Assembly: GCA_964016885.1 (NCBI GenBank)
Contig: OZ024740.1
Location: forward strand, 294,252,001 to 294,316,000
Direction of reading: 5' to 3'
DNA length: 64,000 nucleotides
DNA from: Eledone cirrhosa
Lineage: Eukaryota
Shown: positions 1 through 12,612 of the stretch, piece after piece
How the letters are laid out: each line of letters begins with the position of its first letter
Numbering within the stretch: the first letter of the stretch is position 1
Notes under the pieces: model-generated
Databases searched by the model: none
What the model was told of the DNA's origin: nothing
What the model saw: the letters and a program-made list of their open reading frames with translations, nothing else
Translations under genes and position numbers: made by a program

Positions 1-2
1 TC

Positions 3-113
3 CAATATTCATCGTTTTTCACTCTCTGCAGATTTTTTTGGAATGTAATCGCTGCGAATACTGGGGGACAACTGTATATAAGGTTTCCTGCTAGTAGACA
101 AAAACTTCTGTGA
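3..113 (+). CDS. Possible 3'-terminal coding exon of an unidentified host gene
   Basis: Open frame QYSSFFTLCRFFWNVIAANTGGQLYIRFPASRQKLL* ends at TGA 111-113. A polypyrimidine tract plus CAG (AG 30-31) could be an acceptor. The sequence looks non-repetitive. No homolog recognised. Confidence 0.25.
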   Translation, partial: QYSSFFTLCRFFWNVIAANTGGQLYIRFPASRQKLL

Positions 114-451
114 CATTCATTCAATCAGTGGAAGCTGACTATACTCAGAAACAAAGATTAAATGTGGTTCATGTCATATTATGTTTAGAAATAGCTGAGA
201 GTTTGTATATTTATACCTTTTGTCTTGATTACTGTTTAGACAGAGAGAAAAATGTGGGTGGAGGCCTTTTCTGGCATACAACTTATGCCAGGGGGGGTAG
301 ATTCGGCAAGTTAGCACATCCTATGACAGTTACTACTGTATACCACTGAATGCATATGCCTATGTTGTGTGTGTGTGTTAGTAATAGAAATAGAGGATGA
401 GATAGCTAGGCAGACAGGCAGTTAGATAGATAGACAGATAGCTAGATAGAT

Positions 452-2072
452 AGATTTCTTTATTTGCTACAAGGGCGCACAAGAAAGGGGGACAATACAA
501 GGACATATGCCAGGGATTTTACATACAATCGTGTAAAAAAAATGTTTAACAAACAAATTCAACAATCAAAATCCCCAATAGGGGGAGGCATTACAAATGG
601 GTTGTTTAATAGCCCGTAGATAGAACAACCCTCAACTCCAGGAGCATGTTGTGCAAGTTCTCCTTTCTTCCTTTTGCTCTCTTCTTCAACCTACAGGTTT
701 ATATACAGAGAAGGCCCAATCACTCGGGCTATTTTTGCTACATTCACCCACCTTTCAGTAAATTTACTGGAGTGCAGTGCCTCTCTCTCCACTCTGATTC
801 TCCTTCTAAAGTGGTACCTAAAGAAGAGAATGAGTTGTTGTCCGGAGAGAAAGGCATCTGTCCTCAGTCCTCTCAATCTCGTCCACCATATAACCTCTTT
901 CACCATAGTCACTATACAGAGGAAAACCGCCTCTCTTTCGTTTTTGAAAAAAGTTGGCGGTTTGATCCTTACTATGGACTCGGCAGTCAACTGGATTTAT
1001 CCCATACATGACAGCAGTTGTTCTGCGTAGTGCAATAGGTCAGTTTCGCCTGGGCAGTGTACAATTGTGTACAGGACGGTTTCAATGTCCTGCTTGCATC
1101 TTGGACACGTCCTCTTGGAAGGATCCCTGCCAGGGCGCCCGTGCCTGTAGATCTTGTCTCGTACTGGTAGAGCTCATCGGTAACACTGCCAGGCCAGGGA
1201 CCTTTGGAAGTTGTCCATAGGTCCCGGGTGGAAAGTCCTACCGAACAGAGTGGTGAGCTCGTCGTCTTCGACGCCCAGAATCTCTCCGAGCGTGTTTGCG
1301 CATCATCAGCCATGGCATTCCCAGCCCTCCGTTGGAAGGGTGCTGGCAGCAGACAGATCTCCTCACCAGTGGAGCCTGCTTCTTCCAAACGAATTGGAAG
1401 AGCATGCGTTCCATCTTGCTGAGGTATTCATGGGAACAAGGCACGACGGTCAAACGGTAGTAGATGACAGACGCTATGAAAGTGTTCGCCACCTCCGCTG
1501 GACCTTTCAAGGATAGTTTGCACTCAGCCCACTTCTGGGTGAGCATAAATACCTTGGCCGTGACCTCGCTCCAGTTTTTCTGCACCTGGAGGTCCGGACC
1601 GAACTAGACCCCGAGCAATTTCATCTGTCCTTCCGTCCAGCATCCAACGATGCTGTTGGACAGCATCGGTTTGCCTCTCTACGTTCCGAGTTGCAAATGG
1701 ACAGATTTGTCCAGGTTGAGTTTTGCTCCTGTGAGCCTTTCGTATTGCCACAGTAAGTTGCCGATCGCCCCGATTTCCGATGTTTTAGACACCATTACTG
1801 TCACGTCATCAGCATAAGCTGACGCTGCTTTCCACAGTCCCGGTTCCAATGGGATGCCCTGCAAAAGCTCCAACTTCCGCAGTAGTGGCTCTAGAGTCAA
1901 TACATACAGAATGGAGGAAAGAGGGCATCCCTGTCGGATGGAATGCGTGATTGAAAACGGCTCCGATAGGTAGCTGTTCGACTTGACTGTCCAGCAGATG
2001 TTGGTGTGCACAGCTCTGTGATCCAGCCTTTGAAGACGGGTCCGAAACCGACCACCTTGAGAGCCACTACAC
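452..2072 (-). mobile_element. Tx1/L1-clade non-LTR retrotransposon, 5'-truncated and frameshifted (end of RT, C-terminal region, 3' UTR)
   Basis: Minus-strand ORFs contain RQGCPLS...AYADDVT...GAKLNLDKS (RT motifs) and C-terminal sequence homologous to 53526-54572. AATAAA precedes an (ATCT)n tract near 430-460. Confidence 0.88.
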
Positions 2073-2089
2073 ATATATTCATTTCATTC

Positions 2090-2395
2090 ATTTCATTTTA
2101 CGTCCGCTTTTCCCTGCTTGCAAGGGTGGGGCGGGAACAGATTCTGGCTTGATTTCTACAGCCGGATGCCCTTCCTAACACCAACCTCATTTACAGTGAG
2201 TGCTGGGTGCTTTTTTGCCGTGGCACCTCCACGACCACTTTGCAGTGGAATGATAGGGACACCAGTCCCTATCATCTCATTTCTACAGCTGAGGAAACTG
2301 GAGCAATGTGAAATAAAGTGTCTTGCTCAAGGAAACAACACATCACCTGGTCTGAGAATTGAACTCACAACCTTTCGATTGCAAGGCCAATGCTC
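2090..2395 (-). mobile_element. tRNA-derived SINE (family S1) with RTE-derived tail
   Basis: Reverse complement of the full copy at 62217-62552: B box GAGTTCAATTC, core GTTTCCTTGAGCAAGACAC, tail GCAGGGAAAAGCGGACGTAAAATGA. Confidence 0.85.
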
Positions 2396-2480
2396 TCTCT
2401 CTCTATATATATATACATAGAGAGAGATAAATACACACACACATACATATATATTGATATATACTAATAATAAAAAGGAC

Positions 2481-2563
2481 GTTTATTGAGGTGTGACGAG
2501 CGTTTCGCGATTGATCATGTTTGAGCTGATCAATCGCAAAATGTGCATCGCACATCAATAAAC
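2481..2563. repeat. Imperfect foldback palindrome (37-bp arms)
   Basis: gtttattgaggtgtgacgagcgtttcgcgattgatca pairs with tgatcaatcgcaaaatgtgcatcgcacatcaataaac across a 9-nt spacer. Confidence 0.75.
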
Positions 2564-2759
2564 ATAATGAAGACTTAACACTTTTTATTATTATTATTAC
2601 ACTCTGCTTAGTACAACACCAATATACCTACTGGAAACTATGCATTGAGTGCTCACTCTGGTGAACCTATAATAACTGGATGTTACAATCCCTAAATATC
2701 ATCATCATCATCATCATCATCGTTTAACGTCCATGTTCCACGCTTGCATGGGTTTGGAC

Positions 2760-2802
<43 letters not shown>

Positions 2803-2814
2803 CACACACACACA

Positions 2815-3180
2815 TAGTGGAGGGGTCAAGATGCTACCAGCTAGATATAGTCATGGTTTCCTCAACAAAGTTCTGTGGCTCTGATACTGTAGATTTTGAT
2901 TTTGGATGGAAACTATTCAGGAGTGGCAACAGAAAAGACTGCACAGGCAGGAGTAGGGATACACAAAAGCCTCCAGCTTTCAGAATTTGTTATGGACTGG
3001 ATCCCATTGGGAAGGAGAATTTGCCTCTTGAAGTTTAGGCTGAAAGATAGGTCTTTGTGGGTGGTGCAAGTTTATGCACCAAACAAGGAGTCCGAATATA
3101 GATCCTTCTTTGAGGAAGTCACTGCCGTGTTAGATTTAGTTAAGACTGAGTCATATATCTTTGTGGGAGACTTCAATATA
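2815..3180 (+). mobile_element. RTE-like LINE fragment, apurinic-endonuclease (APE) domain
   Basis: AQAGVGI...VVQVYAPN...IFVGDFN are typical APE motifs. Confidence 0.8.
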
Positions 3181-3227
3181 CCAAAGTGTACTTGTAAGGA
3201 TTTTAGTTTTCAATTAAATTTTTTGTC

Positions 3228-3750
3228 GTGACACCTACACAACTACTTTATAGTGTTGACTGGGTGCTTTTTACTGTGACACCTACATGACCACTTTACA
3301 GTGTGGACTGAGTGCTTTTTGTCGTTACTCCTACACGACCACTTTACAGTGTGGACTAGGTGCTTTTTACTGTGACACCTACATGACCACTTTACAGTGT
3401 GGACTAGGTGCTTTTTACTGTGACACCTACATGACCATCTTACAGTGTGGACTGAGTGCTTTTTGTCATGACACCTACACAACTATTTTACTGTGTGGAC
3501 TGGTGGACTGGGTACTTTTTGTTGTGACACCTACACAACCACCTTACAATGTGGGCTGAGTACCTTTTGTTGCGACACCTACATGACCACTTTACAGTGT
3601 GGATTGAGTACCTTTTGTCGAAACACCTACATGACCACTTTATCGTGTGGGCTGGATGCTTTTTGTTGTGATGCCTACATGACCACCTTACAGTGTGAGC
3701 TGGGCGCTTTTTGTTGCGACACCTACACAACAACTCTACAGTGTGGGCTG
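3228..3750. repeat. 48-bp minisatellite, about 11 diverged copies, derived from an RTE 3' UTR motif
   Basis: Unit tgtgacacctacatgaccactttacagtgtggactaggtgctttttac; ORFs across it show a 16-aa period. Confidence 0.9.
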
Positions 3751-4145
3751 TGGGCTTTGGTGGGATGGGTGTGTTGGGATTAAGGAGGTGGGAATATGGG
3801 CGTGTGTGAGGGGCAAAGTGTTAGGACATGTGAGGTGTATGGAAGGGGGATGAAGGTGAAGATGGTGTATACCAGATGTTTGTTCCTGCCTGTACTCATG
3901 GGAAAGAGGGTCTTCTGTACTACTGCATAATGCCAGAGATCCTGATCCTGTGTCATCACCTTTGAGAGGTGCAATTGGGCAAGGTCAGCTTTTATCACCT
4001 CATCCCAAGTCTTCCTAGATATTCCTACTCCATAGCTTCCATCAACCTTGAGCCCCCTGCACCTTTTTATACAACTGTCATCCTTCATATACATCACATG
4101 TCCATACAAACGCAATCTTCTCTTGTGCACATGGTGCCCCAGCAT
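3751..4145 (-). mobile_element. RTE LINE 3' end (family B-like)
   Basis: RRLRLYGHVMYMKDDSCIKRC...RKTWDEVIKADLAQLHLSK. Confidence 0.85.
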
Positions 4146-5204
4146 GCCTCAACCTGTCAGCTGGAACACATAATAGAGTAATACATTTTATAAGTTCACT
4201 TAATTATAAAACTACTTTTCAGAACTCTTGACTCTTATCAGTGTTGATTTTTTTTGTTTATTTTATTTTATTTTTGTTAAAACAAGCTACATATACTAAA
4301 GTGTACTTGTAATAATTTAACAGTGATGGGAGGGATTAATCAGTTAATAAGAATCTGACATTAGTATCTCTTCTCAAATTACAGCTATTCAGTAGATAGA
4401 GCTACTCAAGAAAAATGATATCTATTGTTTGTTATTTATAGATGATAGTGAATTGTGAAAGATGTTAGAATGTAAGCCTTGCTGGATTTAGTTCTGGCCT
4501 TTCTACATTCTCAGTTCAAAATGTAAAGAACCATTCTCAGTCAACTTTCCCTTTCATCTTTCAGAATGTGATAAAATAAAGTAACAATCAAGTACAGGAG
4601 TTAGATGTAGAATCAGTCACCCTCTACTCTTTCTTTCTTGCCTAATAGTCCTTGCTATTTCCCTTCTTTTCTTCTCTTCTTTCTTGCCTAATAGTCCTTA
4701 CTATTTCCCTTCTTTTCTTCTCGTAGCATTTATAGTCCTTTACTGTACTTTCCTCTACAGTCAGATCTGCCCTTCTTTATCCCTCTACCCACCCACCCTT
4801 TTTTTATTACTTAATTTTGTTTTTATCCTTTTTTAATATTTTCAACCATAAAGTACCAGTAATGCAGTGGTAATTGCTGGCCTTGTGCCAAACGTAGAAA
4901 CAATATTTTCAATCATTGTATAAACTTTGTAAAATATGGCTGACTTGACTCAATTGACTAGACTCATCAGCCTCCGACCTAATTACATCTTTTACTGTTG
5001 TTAGAAATCAATTACAAATCAGACTAATGATGATTAAAGAGCCCTTAACTTCTAATGGTGATAAGGGGGGGGGGGGGGGTCGTTGTCCTGACACACAGCA
5101 TATCTTTAGCTTTTTATACCTAGCAGAGCCCATCCCTCTCCATATTGAAACACAGATAATGTCTTCCAAAGAACAAAAGAGAGAGGGGAGAAGAGATAGT
5201 GATA

Positions 5205-5355
5205 ACTGGACTGGTACTTTATTTATCAACCTCAAAAGGATGAAAGGTAAACTTGACTTTGATGGGATTTGAACTCAGAAGGCACAGAGCTGGAATTAAT
5301 TCTGAAGAATTTTTAATCCAATGCCCTAACAATTTTGCCAATTCCCCACCTTAAA
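5205..5355 (-). mobile_element. Diverged SINE family S2 copy (further fragments near 4460-4600 and 4848-4905)
   Basis: ggtactttatttatcaacc...aaggatgaaaggtaaa...gatttgaactcagaa matches 18822-19008 and 51255-51495. Confidence 0.65.
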
Positions 5356-6187
5356 GATGAGAAGCATAACCTAATTACTAAAACATTTTTGAAAACTACA
5401 GTTGGAAGAAAGAGCAGCTTAGATGACCTTTGCAGTGAGATTGATGCCTTTAATATTCCACTTAAACTGTTCTAAATTAACAACTGCATGAAAGACATGT
5501 AAAAACTTCTCTTATTTCATTGTAATTGTTCTGATAAGTTTTCCACTTCATTTTCTATAAGTATTTTCATGGAAATTCTTCTCATGAGCTCTCCTCTTTG
5601 TTGCTTCATCTTCATAAGTTTAAACAGAACACCAGATTTGTGGCTAGGCTTCATCCTTTTACAGTTGAAGTTCCTAAATTTAATCACAAATTCTATTCTG
5701 ATAGTTTTTTCCCTCATACATCTTGCTATATAATTCTCTTCATGTTTCTTATTTTCCTGACCTCTACAATCTGCCACAATTCAAAAGCAACATCAATCGT
5801 CATCTTCTCTCTCCTTGAATTATGTTCTCCCTGTTTTCTCCTTTTCCCTTCTCAGTAACGATTTGCATTTTAGATTTTACTGGCTTTATTGTTTTGCTTG
5901 GATGATGATGAAGCCTCCATGTTCCAGGGGTCAGCACAAAAACATACTTTAAAATGATAAATAATTTTTAAAATCTATCTGAATATGTTTTGCCAATGAG
6001 ACCAGAATGTGACTAAAACATGGCCAGACATACAGAAGAATGAAACAATATTAATAATATATTAATATTTAATGAATCATATTCAGGAAGCTTTTAGTAA
6101 ATTTTGAACTTTGAATGTATGTGAGTTTAATGGAAGATGTTTCAACACAGGTTTTTCACTATGAAAATAGTTGAACAAGTTAAACAT

Positions 6188-6398
6188 ATAAGCCCCTAGA
6201 GAGAGAATAAGTGAACAATATTGCATATGGGACTCAAATTCACTCCTGCTATATGATGGATGAGTGTGTTACCATTACATCAAAGCAAGACTGGCCCCTT
6301 ACCTTCATTTTTCAACCAATGGAGGTAAAATTGATGGCATATATGAGTTTGAATCCCATAAGTGATACTCCCTACTTTTTCCATCTCTAGGGGCTTAT
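6188..6398. repeat. Old, diverged head-to-head palindrome of a tRNA-like element
   Basis: Inverted ends ataagcccctagaga...tctctaggggcttat; internal atatgggactcaaattca/tgagtttgaatcccata; resembles 57809-58178. Confidence 0.55.
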
Positions 6399-6441
6399 CT
6401 GCTTAATTTATTAATGTCATTTTTCTCTCACTGCATAATAA

Positions 6442-6800
6442 TCACCCTTTTCCATTCGAAGGAGGTAGATCCCTCATCTGGGACGCCACCTGCTGCGACA
6501 CACTTTCTGCCTCCAGCTTAGTCGCTTCAGCCACAAACCCCGGCACTGCAGCCCGCCTCGCAGAAGAACATAAAATAAACAAATACCGGTGTTTGTCCGG
6601 TGACTTCCTCTTTGCACCGGTCACCATTGAGACCTCAGGCGTACTTGAACCCCGCACTGCCGAGCTCCTCCGCAAGATCGTAGCATCGGCGGCCCGTCTG
6701 AGGAGGGAGCCCTACAAGGTTGGGTGGCTGTTGCAGCAGGTGTCACTGGCCATCGTCTGTGGGAATGCTTTTGCCGTCTTGTTCGCGGGGTGCAGCACTC
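6442..6800 (+). mobile_element. CRE-like non-LTR retrotransposon 3' end (restriction-like endonuclease)
   Basis: GRSLIWDATCCDT...KINKY...FAPVTIETSGV...LLQQVSLAIVCGNA matches the RLE C-terminus. Confidence 0.75.
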
Positions 6801-6974
6801 TTGCCCTAGGCTCAAAGCCCAATCACCCTCCCCCTTCGCCCCTCCCCTCTCTTCTGCAACACCAGAGCTCTTGCCATCCCCTGCCCTTCCTGATCTTTCT
6901 CTTCTTTCTTTCTCTCTTTTTTTAATATATATTCCCCTATTCTTTCTTTTCTTTTCTTTTGTTTCTTCGTTTTA

Positions 6975-9385
6975 CTGCGGGAAAAATATTGCAAAGGTCA
7001 AGGTAACCCAGGTCCCGCCCTATGTACCCGTGCCTTGGCTGGTCGTGTCTGTTCTAGTGGGCATCGAAGATAAAACAAGTTGGGAAGAGAGGACTGGTCC
7101 GGTATTGGAATGGAGATGCTCATCCAAACCGACCAGGACTGCATCAGCACTATTCCCAACGTAATAGACCTCGGGAATGGCTCCCAACTTCCAATATCTG
7201 TTGACGGAAGGCGCCCAAAATGCTTCAACTGTGGATCAAAGTCTCACCTCAGGGCTTTCTGCCCACAGAAAATAACAAAGGTCAAGGTCACCCTCCTTCC
7301 AACGCCGGAACCGCTGCCATCAGAAACAGAGCAGTCAGCGAAAAAGTCGGGAGCTTCTACAGAGAGTAGGAAGACAACGTCTGTGACACCCACACCAAAG
7401 CCACGGACAACAAAAACAGCGATGGCAGCTGCAGCAGCAAAAACAGTTGCACTAGCTGCACCTGTGCCAGGAGTGGCAAACCAGGCTCCACCACCACCTC
7501 CACCAACAACAACAACAACAAAGACAAATGAGAGGGTACAACTCATACCTATCCCCGACCTCTCACAGTCGGACATGGTGTATGAGGCGGCTGAGGAGGG
7601 GAAAACGGTTGTTAATGAAAAAAAAAAACAAATGGAAAAACATCACACCTGGTCCCTCCCTCCAAAAGCGAAGGCAAAGAAACAAGAATAAAGTCTGCAA
7701 GGAGACTTGCAGCAACACCACTAAATTCACCATCACCACCACAAGCATCAACACCAACAACAACCACATCACCACCAGCATCACCAAAAACACCAACATC
7801 ACAAACACAACAAACCACACATACCCAACACCAACAAGAAAACAGCAACAAAACCACCCCTCCCCCAAAAAAGTACACAGTCATAAACATTGCACACCAA
7901 GGACTAATGAAACACAAAACACCACACCGATATTTCAGACGTAAATTACCACACACCACCAACACCAAGAACATTACCAAAAACATTAACATTATAGAAA
8001 TTGAACTCGAAAACTACAAACAATTAAAACAAAAATTCCCCTACGCAGTTGGGGATTTCAGGGGGTCACTCTCCAAAAGAATATACAAAGATATCGTCTT
8101 CGAGACACCCATGACCAGCCGAGGGGATGGTTCTACTGTCCCTTCCCCTCACGATCAAGGTAAGTGATCCTTTCTCACTTGCCCCGTTCCTCATCCAACA
8201 TGGCCGTACTTTGAATAGGCAGCATAAATGCACGTGGCCTGGGGTCATCTTGGAAGCAGGGCCACCTGCTCAACGACCTCAGGTCACTAAACATAGATGT
8301 GGTGGCCATCAGTGAGACCAAATCTCCGAAGCACGAGCCTTCGCACCAATCTTCGGTGGCTACGATCGGGGGGGGGGGGATGCTGTGCTTTTTAGGAGAG
8401 GCTTGGATCTCGCCATACAGGCCATCTTCCTGGACCTAGAAGGTAAGTCAGTGGTACTGGACGTGACTGGCAGTGAAGGCAATGCTGTCAGGCTAGTAGC
8501 CGTCTACGCCCCAACAGGGGCAGGATGGCCAGATTTCTTCAGACGTCTAGAGACCTTTCTTGGAACATCCCGCTCTTTAGTGTTAGTGGGCGACTGAAAT
8601 GGTATCTTAGATGCACACTGGGATTATGTGGGGCTAGTAGACAGGACAGGAGGGTGTAAAAGCCTCAACAACCTGCTCAGACGTTTTGAAGTGTCTGACA
8701 GTTATAGACTGGATTATCCGAATGTACCAATGTGGACATCGGCAAACCACATCGGGTCATCTAGATCGTATTTAGATAGGGTTTTCTGTAGGGAAACAGA
8801 TAAGGCTAGTGTAAGTTGTCCAGAATTTAAAGTAGTCGACTACACGGACCACAAATTCGTGACCTGTGAGGTTGACTTAGATAGACTCCATAGGCAAGTG
8901 CCTGGTTACTGGAAGCTGAACGCGTCTTTCCCGGTGCGCAAAACTTACAGAGACCGGATTAGCGAATTAGTTAAGCGTGCATTGACGGGTGCAATTGTCA
9001 ACAACAGGTGTTAGCAAAGAGATTAGCGCTTGTCGTCAGTAATCTGGTGGGAGACGCGCAGACATACGCCATTCCGAACAGATCCATCCATGACAACCTC
9101 CATCTCATGCAATACATCATAGAGAGGGTGGTTAAGGAACCTGGCACGGGTGGGGCTCTGATCAACTTGGATCAATCTAAAGCATGAGGGGGGACCTCGC
9201 GAACTGGGATGAGGAAGATCTGTGTCGGCTTATGTTGACGATGTCACCGTGGTGGTGTCGAGCACCAAACATGTCCAGATGCTTGGCCCCGCTCTCAAGG
9301 AATATGAAGCAGTGACAGGAGCAAAGATAAATCAGGAAAAGTCGGTAGGCTTGCAACTCGGCACCTGGAGAGGCACGTCCATGAA
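6975..9385 (+). mobile_element. Tx1/L1-like LINE: ORF1 with zinc knuckle plus degenerate, internally deleted ORF2
   Basis: ORF1 contains CFNCGSKSHLRAFC (CCHC). ORF2 from ATG 8200 has VYAPT, GD*N, SYLDR, TDHK, YWKLN and fragmentary RT (AYVDDVT, GAKINQEKS). Confidence 0.85.
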
Positions 9386-9970
9386 AACTCTACCCAACTA
9401 GACTCTGATCAGAAATCATTAGGTATACCTAGAGCTCACCCATAGACATGTCTACACTAAGTCGGAAAAACTGAAAGAGACACACGCTGTCAAAAAAGCA
9501 GGCCCTGTCACTAATGCCCTTCTGCTCATGTGATGTTTCAGCCTCCATACTTCCAGCAAGGCCCCCCTCATAACCCCACATTTCCTAACTGAAATTATGA
9601 CTATATTTCTGTTCACTATATGCTTGTGTTTATGTTTACACTGGTTAACCAGTGTTGTGTTGATGCTGTGTTCCGTTATGTCTTATAACGTAGTTCAAAA
9701 TAAATAACATGAAAAATCTCAAAGATTAATATTATGTGAGATAACTATGTAAGATAAAGTCTTTACCACAAAAATACAATATTATATATAGAGTAATGTA
9801 AATTCAGAAGGGTTAAATAAGTTGTAGGCTGGAATAAGTACTTGGGTTGATATGCTCAAAAGTGATTCCCCAGCTGTCACCAGTAAATGATAAAAATTAA
9901 CTGAATATGTTTCTACCATCCCAACCCATCCTTTCATATTCAAGAATTGCACTCACTAATCATCTACACA

Positions 9971-10250
9971 TGGAGGCCCGTGACCTAGTGATAAGGGTGT
10001 TGGGCTTACAATCATAATGTTGTGAGTTCGATTCCTGGACCGGGTTGTGTGTTGTGTTCTTGAGCAAAACACTTCATTTCACATTGCTCCAGTATACTTA
10101 ACTGAGTATGAGTACCAGTAAAAGCTGGGGGCTTAATCCTGCAATGGACTGGCATCTTGTCCACGGGGAGTCTTAAACTCTCAGTCGCTTCATGCCACAA
10201 AACTAAGATAAATACCAGCCTGACCAATCTCCTGAATTGAGACAGACTTT
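9971..10250 (+). mobile_element. tRNA-derived SINE with the S1 head and core but a different (non-RTE) 3' module
   Basis: A box TGACCTAGTGA, B box GAGTTCGATTC, core GTTCTTGAGCAAAACACTT, tail cctgcaatggactggcatc...gtcgcttcatgccac. Confidence 0.8.
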
Positions 10251-10783
10251 AGACTACACTTAGACAAGAATCATCTATAAGAACTTTCTGAAGGCTATAT
10301 ATTTTGTTGTTGTGTAGCCTAGGTCTTTCCTGATTGAGCAAGCCTATGATCAAAAGTATCCCAGTTATAACCATCCCATAATTTTGTATATGAAAGACTT
10401 AGATTCTTCACTTCACTTTCACTTTTATTAAGCTACAGATAGTATTAATATGAAAGCGAAGTGTTAAACTCAAGGATAGCCCATTAACCGGTGGGTTTGC
10501 TTTTTAAGAAGGCAAAGTGTGATTTGAGGAACATTTTACTGTTATTTCTAACAGGTCCAGCGACTATGTACAGGTTGTCCCATTGACTTCAGGATTTGCA
10601 GTTATCTGACTATGTTAATTCAGTTTTATTATTGAGTGTCTATTTTTAGAATATGCACTGCATAACAGGTTGAACAACATCTGTTTATACCAGGATATTG
10701 TTTTCAGCATTTATATTATATTTACATATATATACATATATATAATATATAAGAACAAAAGATGGTTAAAAGAGTTCCATGTA

Positions 10784-10850
10784 TTTTTTATGCGCATTTC
10801 AAAAACAAATATCATCATGCAATAATATTTGTGTTTTCATCAGATAAAAC
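10784..10850 (-). ncRNA. Candidate type I hammerhead ribozyme (weak stem I)
   Basis: Minus strand reads CUGAUGA, long stem II, GAAA, palindromic ugcgca, UA. Stem I is only A-U pairs with a mismatch. Confidence 0.45.
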
Positions 10851-11151
10851 AGGAGGACATGATATGAAGGTTAAAAAACACTTGTGGATAGTTCAGTTTT
10901 AAATCAACATTGTTCTTATATATTATGTATACTCCAGTCCTACAAACTGTAGAGTGCTTCTTATCCGATATCTGCATTGCTTTATTGTACTACAATAAAA
11001 CTCACCTCCTACATATATATATATATACACACAAACACACAGAGACACACACACACACATATATATATATATAGGATAACAAGTTATCGTTATAGGTAAT
11101 CCAGTTAGAGGTTGTGAGTACTCTGCGTCGTGGATATATATACATATATAT

Positions 11152-11482
11152 CCATCGGTCATCCTCCATGCGCATCACATGTCCATACCACCTCAGTCTC
11201 CTCTAGTGTGCGAGAGAGGAGACTGAGATGGAATGGACATGTGATGCGCATGGAGGATGACCGATGGGTGAAGAAGTGCCAGGAAATGCCAGTTGAAGGA
11301 AGACATGGTAGAGGTAGACCACGAAAAACATGGGTGGAGGTGGTGAGAACAGACCTCAGATCGCTGAAGCTCACGGTGGAGATGACGAAGGACCGTGACA
11401 AGTGGAGAGATGCTGTGCTGAATAATACCCGTCCCACCCTTGCAAGCAGGGAAAAGCGGACGTAAAATGATGATGATGATGA

Positions 11483-11485
<3 letters not shown>
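11152..11485 (+). mobile_element. RTE family C 3' fragment with 5' foldback duplication
   Basis: [21 protein letters not shown]...; (GAT)n tail; 11152-11204 is an inverted copy of 11215-11267. Confidence 0.88.
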
Positions 11486-11517
<32 letters not shown>

Positions 11518-11519
<2 letters not shown>

Positions 11520-12562
11520 CTGCTTCCTTTCTTCTACCCACGCTTGCTCCACCCTGGTGAGCAGCATCCTCTCCTCTCCATCATGGACTAGTTCCAACAG
11601 GGCATTGGATGAAGTTCTGCAGCATTGGAGTGAGTTGGGCCTGTGGAGGTGGAGGACAGTCGAAGTCAGAGGGCTTGGGACAGCATAAGTTCGAAGGCCT
11701 CCTTCGACTCCCTCTTCATCCAGTCAGATCAGTTTGCCAGCGCCAAATACTCAGGTGACTGGGTTGATGCCCTACCTGTGGCTAACGTTGATGGCCTACT
11801 CAGCCTGGACAAACTTCATGTCTCCATTGCCCTCAGAGTTGGGGCTGATGTCAGCATGGGTCTAAGGTGTTGATGCAACAAACTCCTCAACTCACCAGTC
11901 CTCCATGGTCTTTCTTGTCGCCTGAATGCCGGTCGCTTCGCATGTCACACGGAGCTAAACCTTATTCTCAAGAGAGCTTTGACCTGGGCAAACACCCCCT
12001 CAATCTTGGAACCATCTGCTTTGTCCAGAAGTGACGGAAAAAGACCTGACGGCCTTACTCTGTGCCCCTGGTTGAGAAGCAGGTGCTTTATCTGGGACAT
12101 CACCGTTAGTGACTCTTTTGCTTCTTCCCACATCCTGGATGCAGCCAAATGGGGCAAAACCTTAAAATACAGTGATCTGTTGACCAACTACATTTTCTAG
12201 CCTGTGGCTTTCGAGACGTTTGGGGGAGTTGGGCTGCTGACTGCGAATTTCCTATCTTCACTGGCAGCTTGTCTAATAGAAGTAAATGGCGAATCTTGAG
12301 AGGGTGCTTGGTTGTTCCAGTGCATCAGCCTGGCCATCATCTGAGGTAGCGCTGCAAGTGTGCTGGCTTGCCTCAAAAATCATTAGAGAAGATTCCCGGT
12401 ACTCCTCGCAACGCTGCTGTCTTATATTTTTATACACAGCTTAGACATTATGTTTGCAATGTTCTTCTGAAAGTATTGTGAGCAATTTATAATGTTATTC
12501 ATGTATACATTTAAAACATATTTGTAATGTTATTCAACTGTAAATTTATACAACTTAATAAA

Positions 12563-12565
<3 letters not shown>
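11518..12565 (+). mobile_element. CRE-like non-LTR retrotransposon 3' part (zinc finger plus RLE), decayed
   Basis: SGDWVDALP...ALRVG...HGLSC...H..LN...RSDGKRPDGLTL.PW...WDITVSD...AFETFG; AATAAA followed by (TA)n. Confidence 0.78.
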
Positions 12566-12593
<28 letters not shown>

Positions 12594-12612
12594 CATACAT
12601 ATATATATATAT

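Noticed and set aside
1-90. Minus-strand exon NLIYSCPPVFAAITFQKNLQRVKNDEYW after a NAGNAG acceptor
   Set aside because: It competes with the plus-strand reading, has no upstream partner exon, and no homology was recognised.
3228-3750. CRISPR-like periodicity (also 17425-17852 and 50218-50607)
   Set aside because: Head-to-tail repeats without unique spacers, no cas genes, and a eukaryotic context.
5598-5858. ORF containing ARLHPFTVEVPKFNHKFYSDSFFPHTS
   Set aside because: It resembles a short decayed LINE C-terminus; too little sequence to classify and not supported as a host gene.
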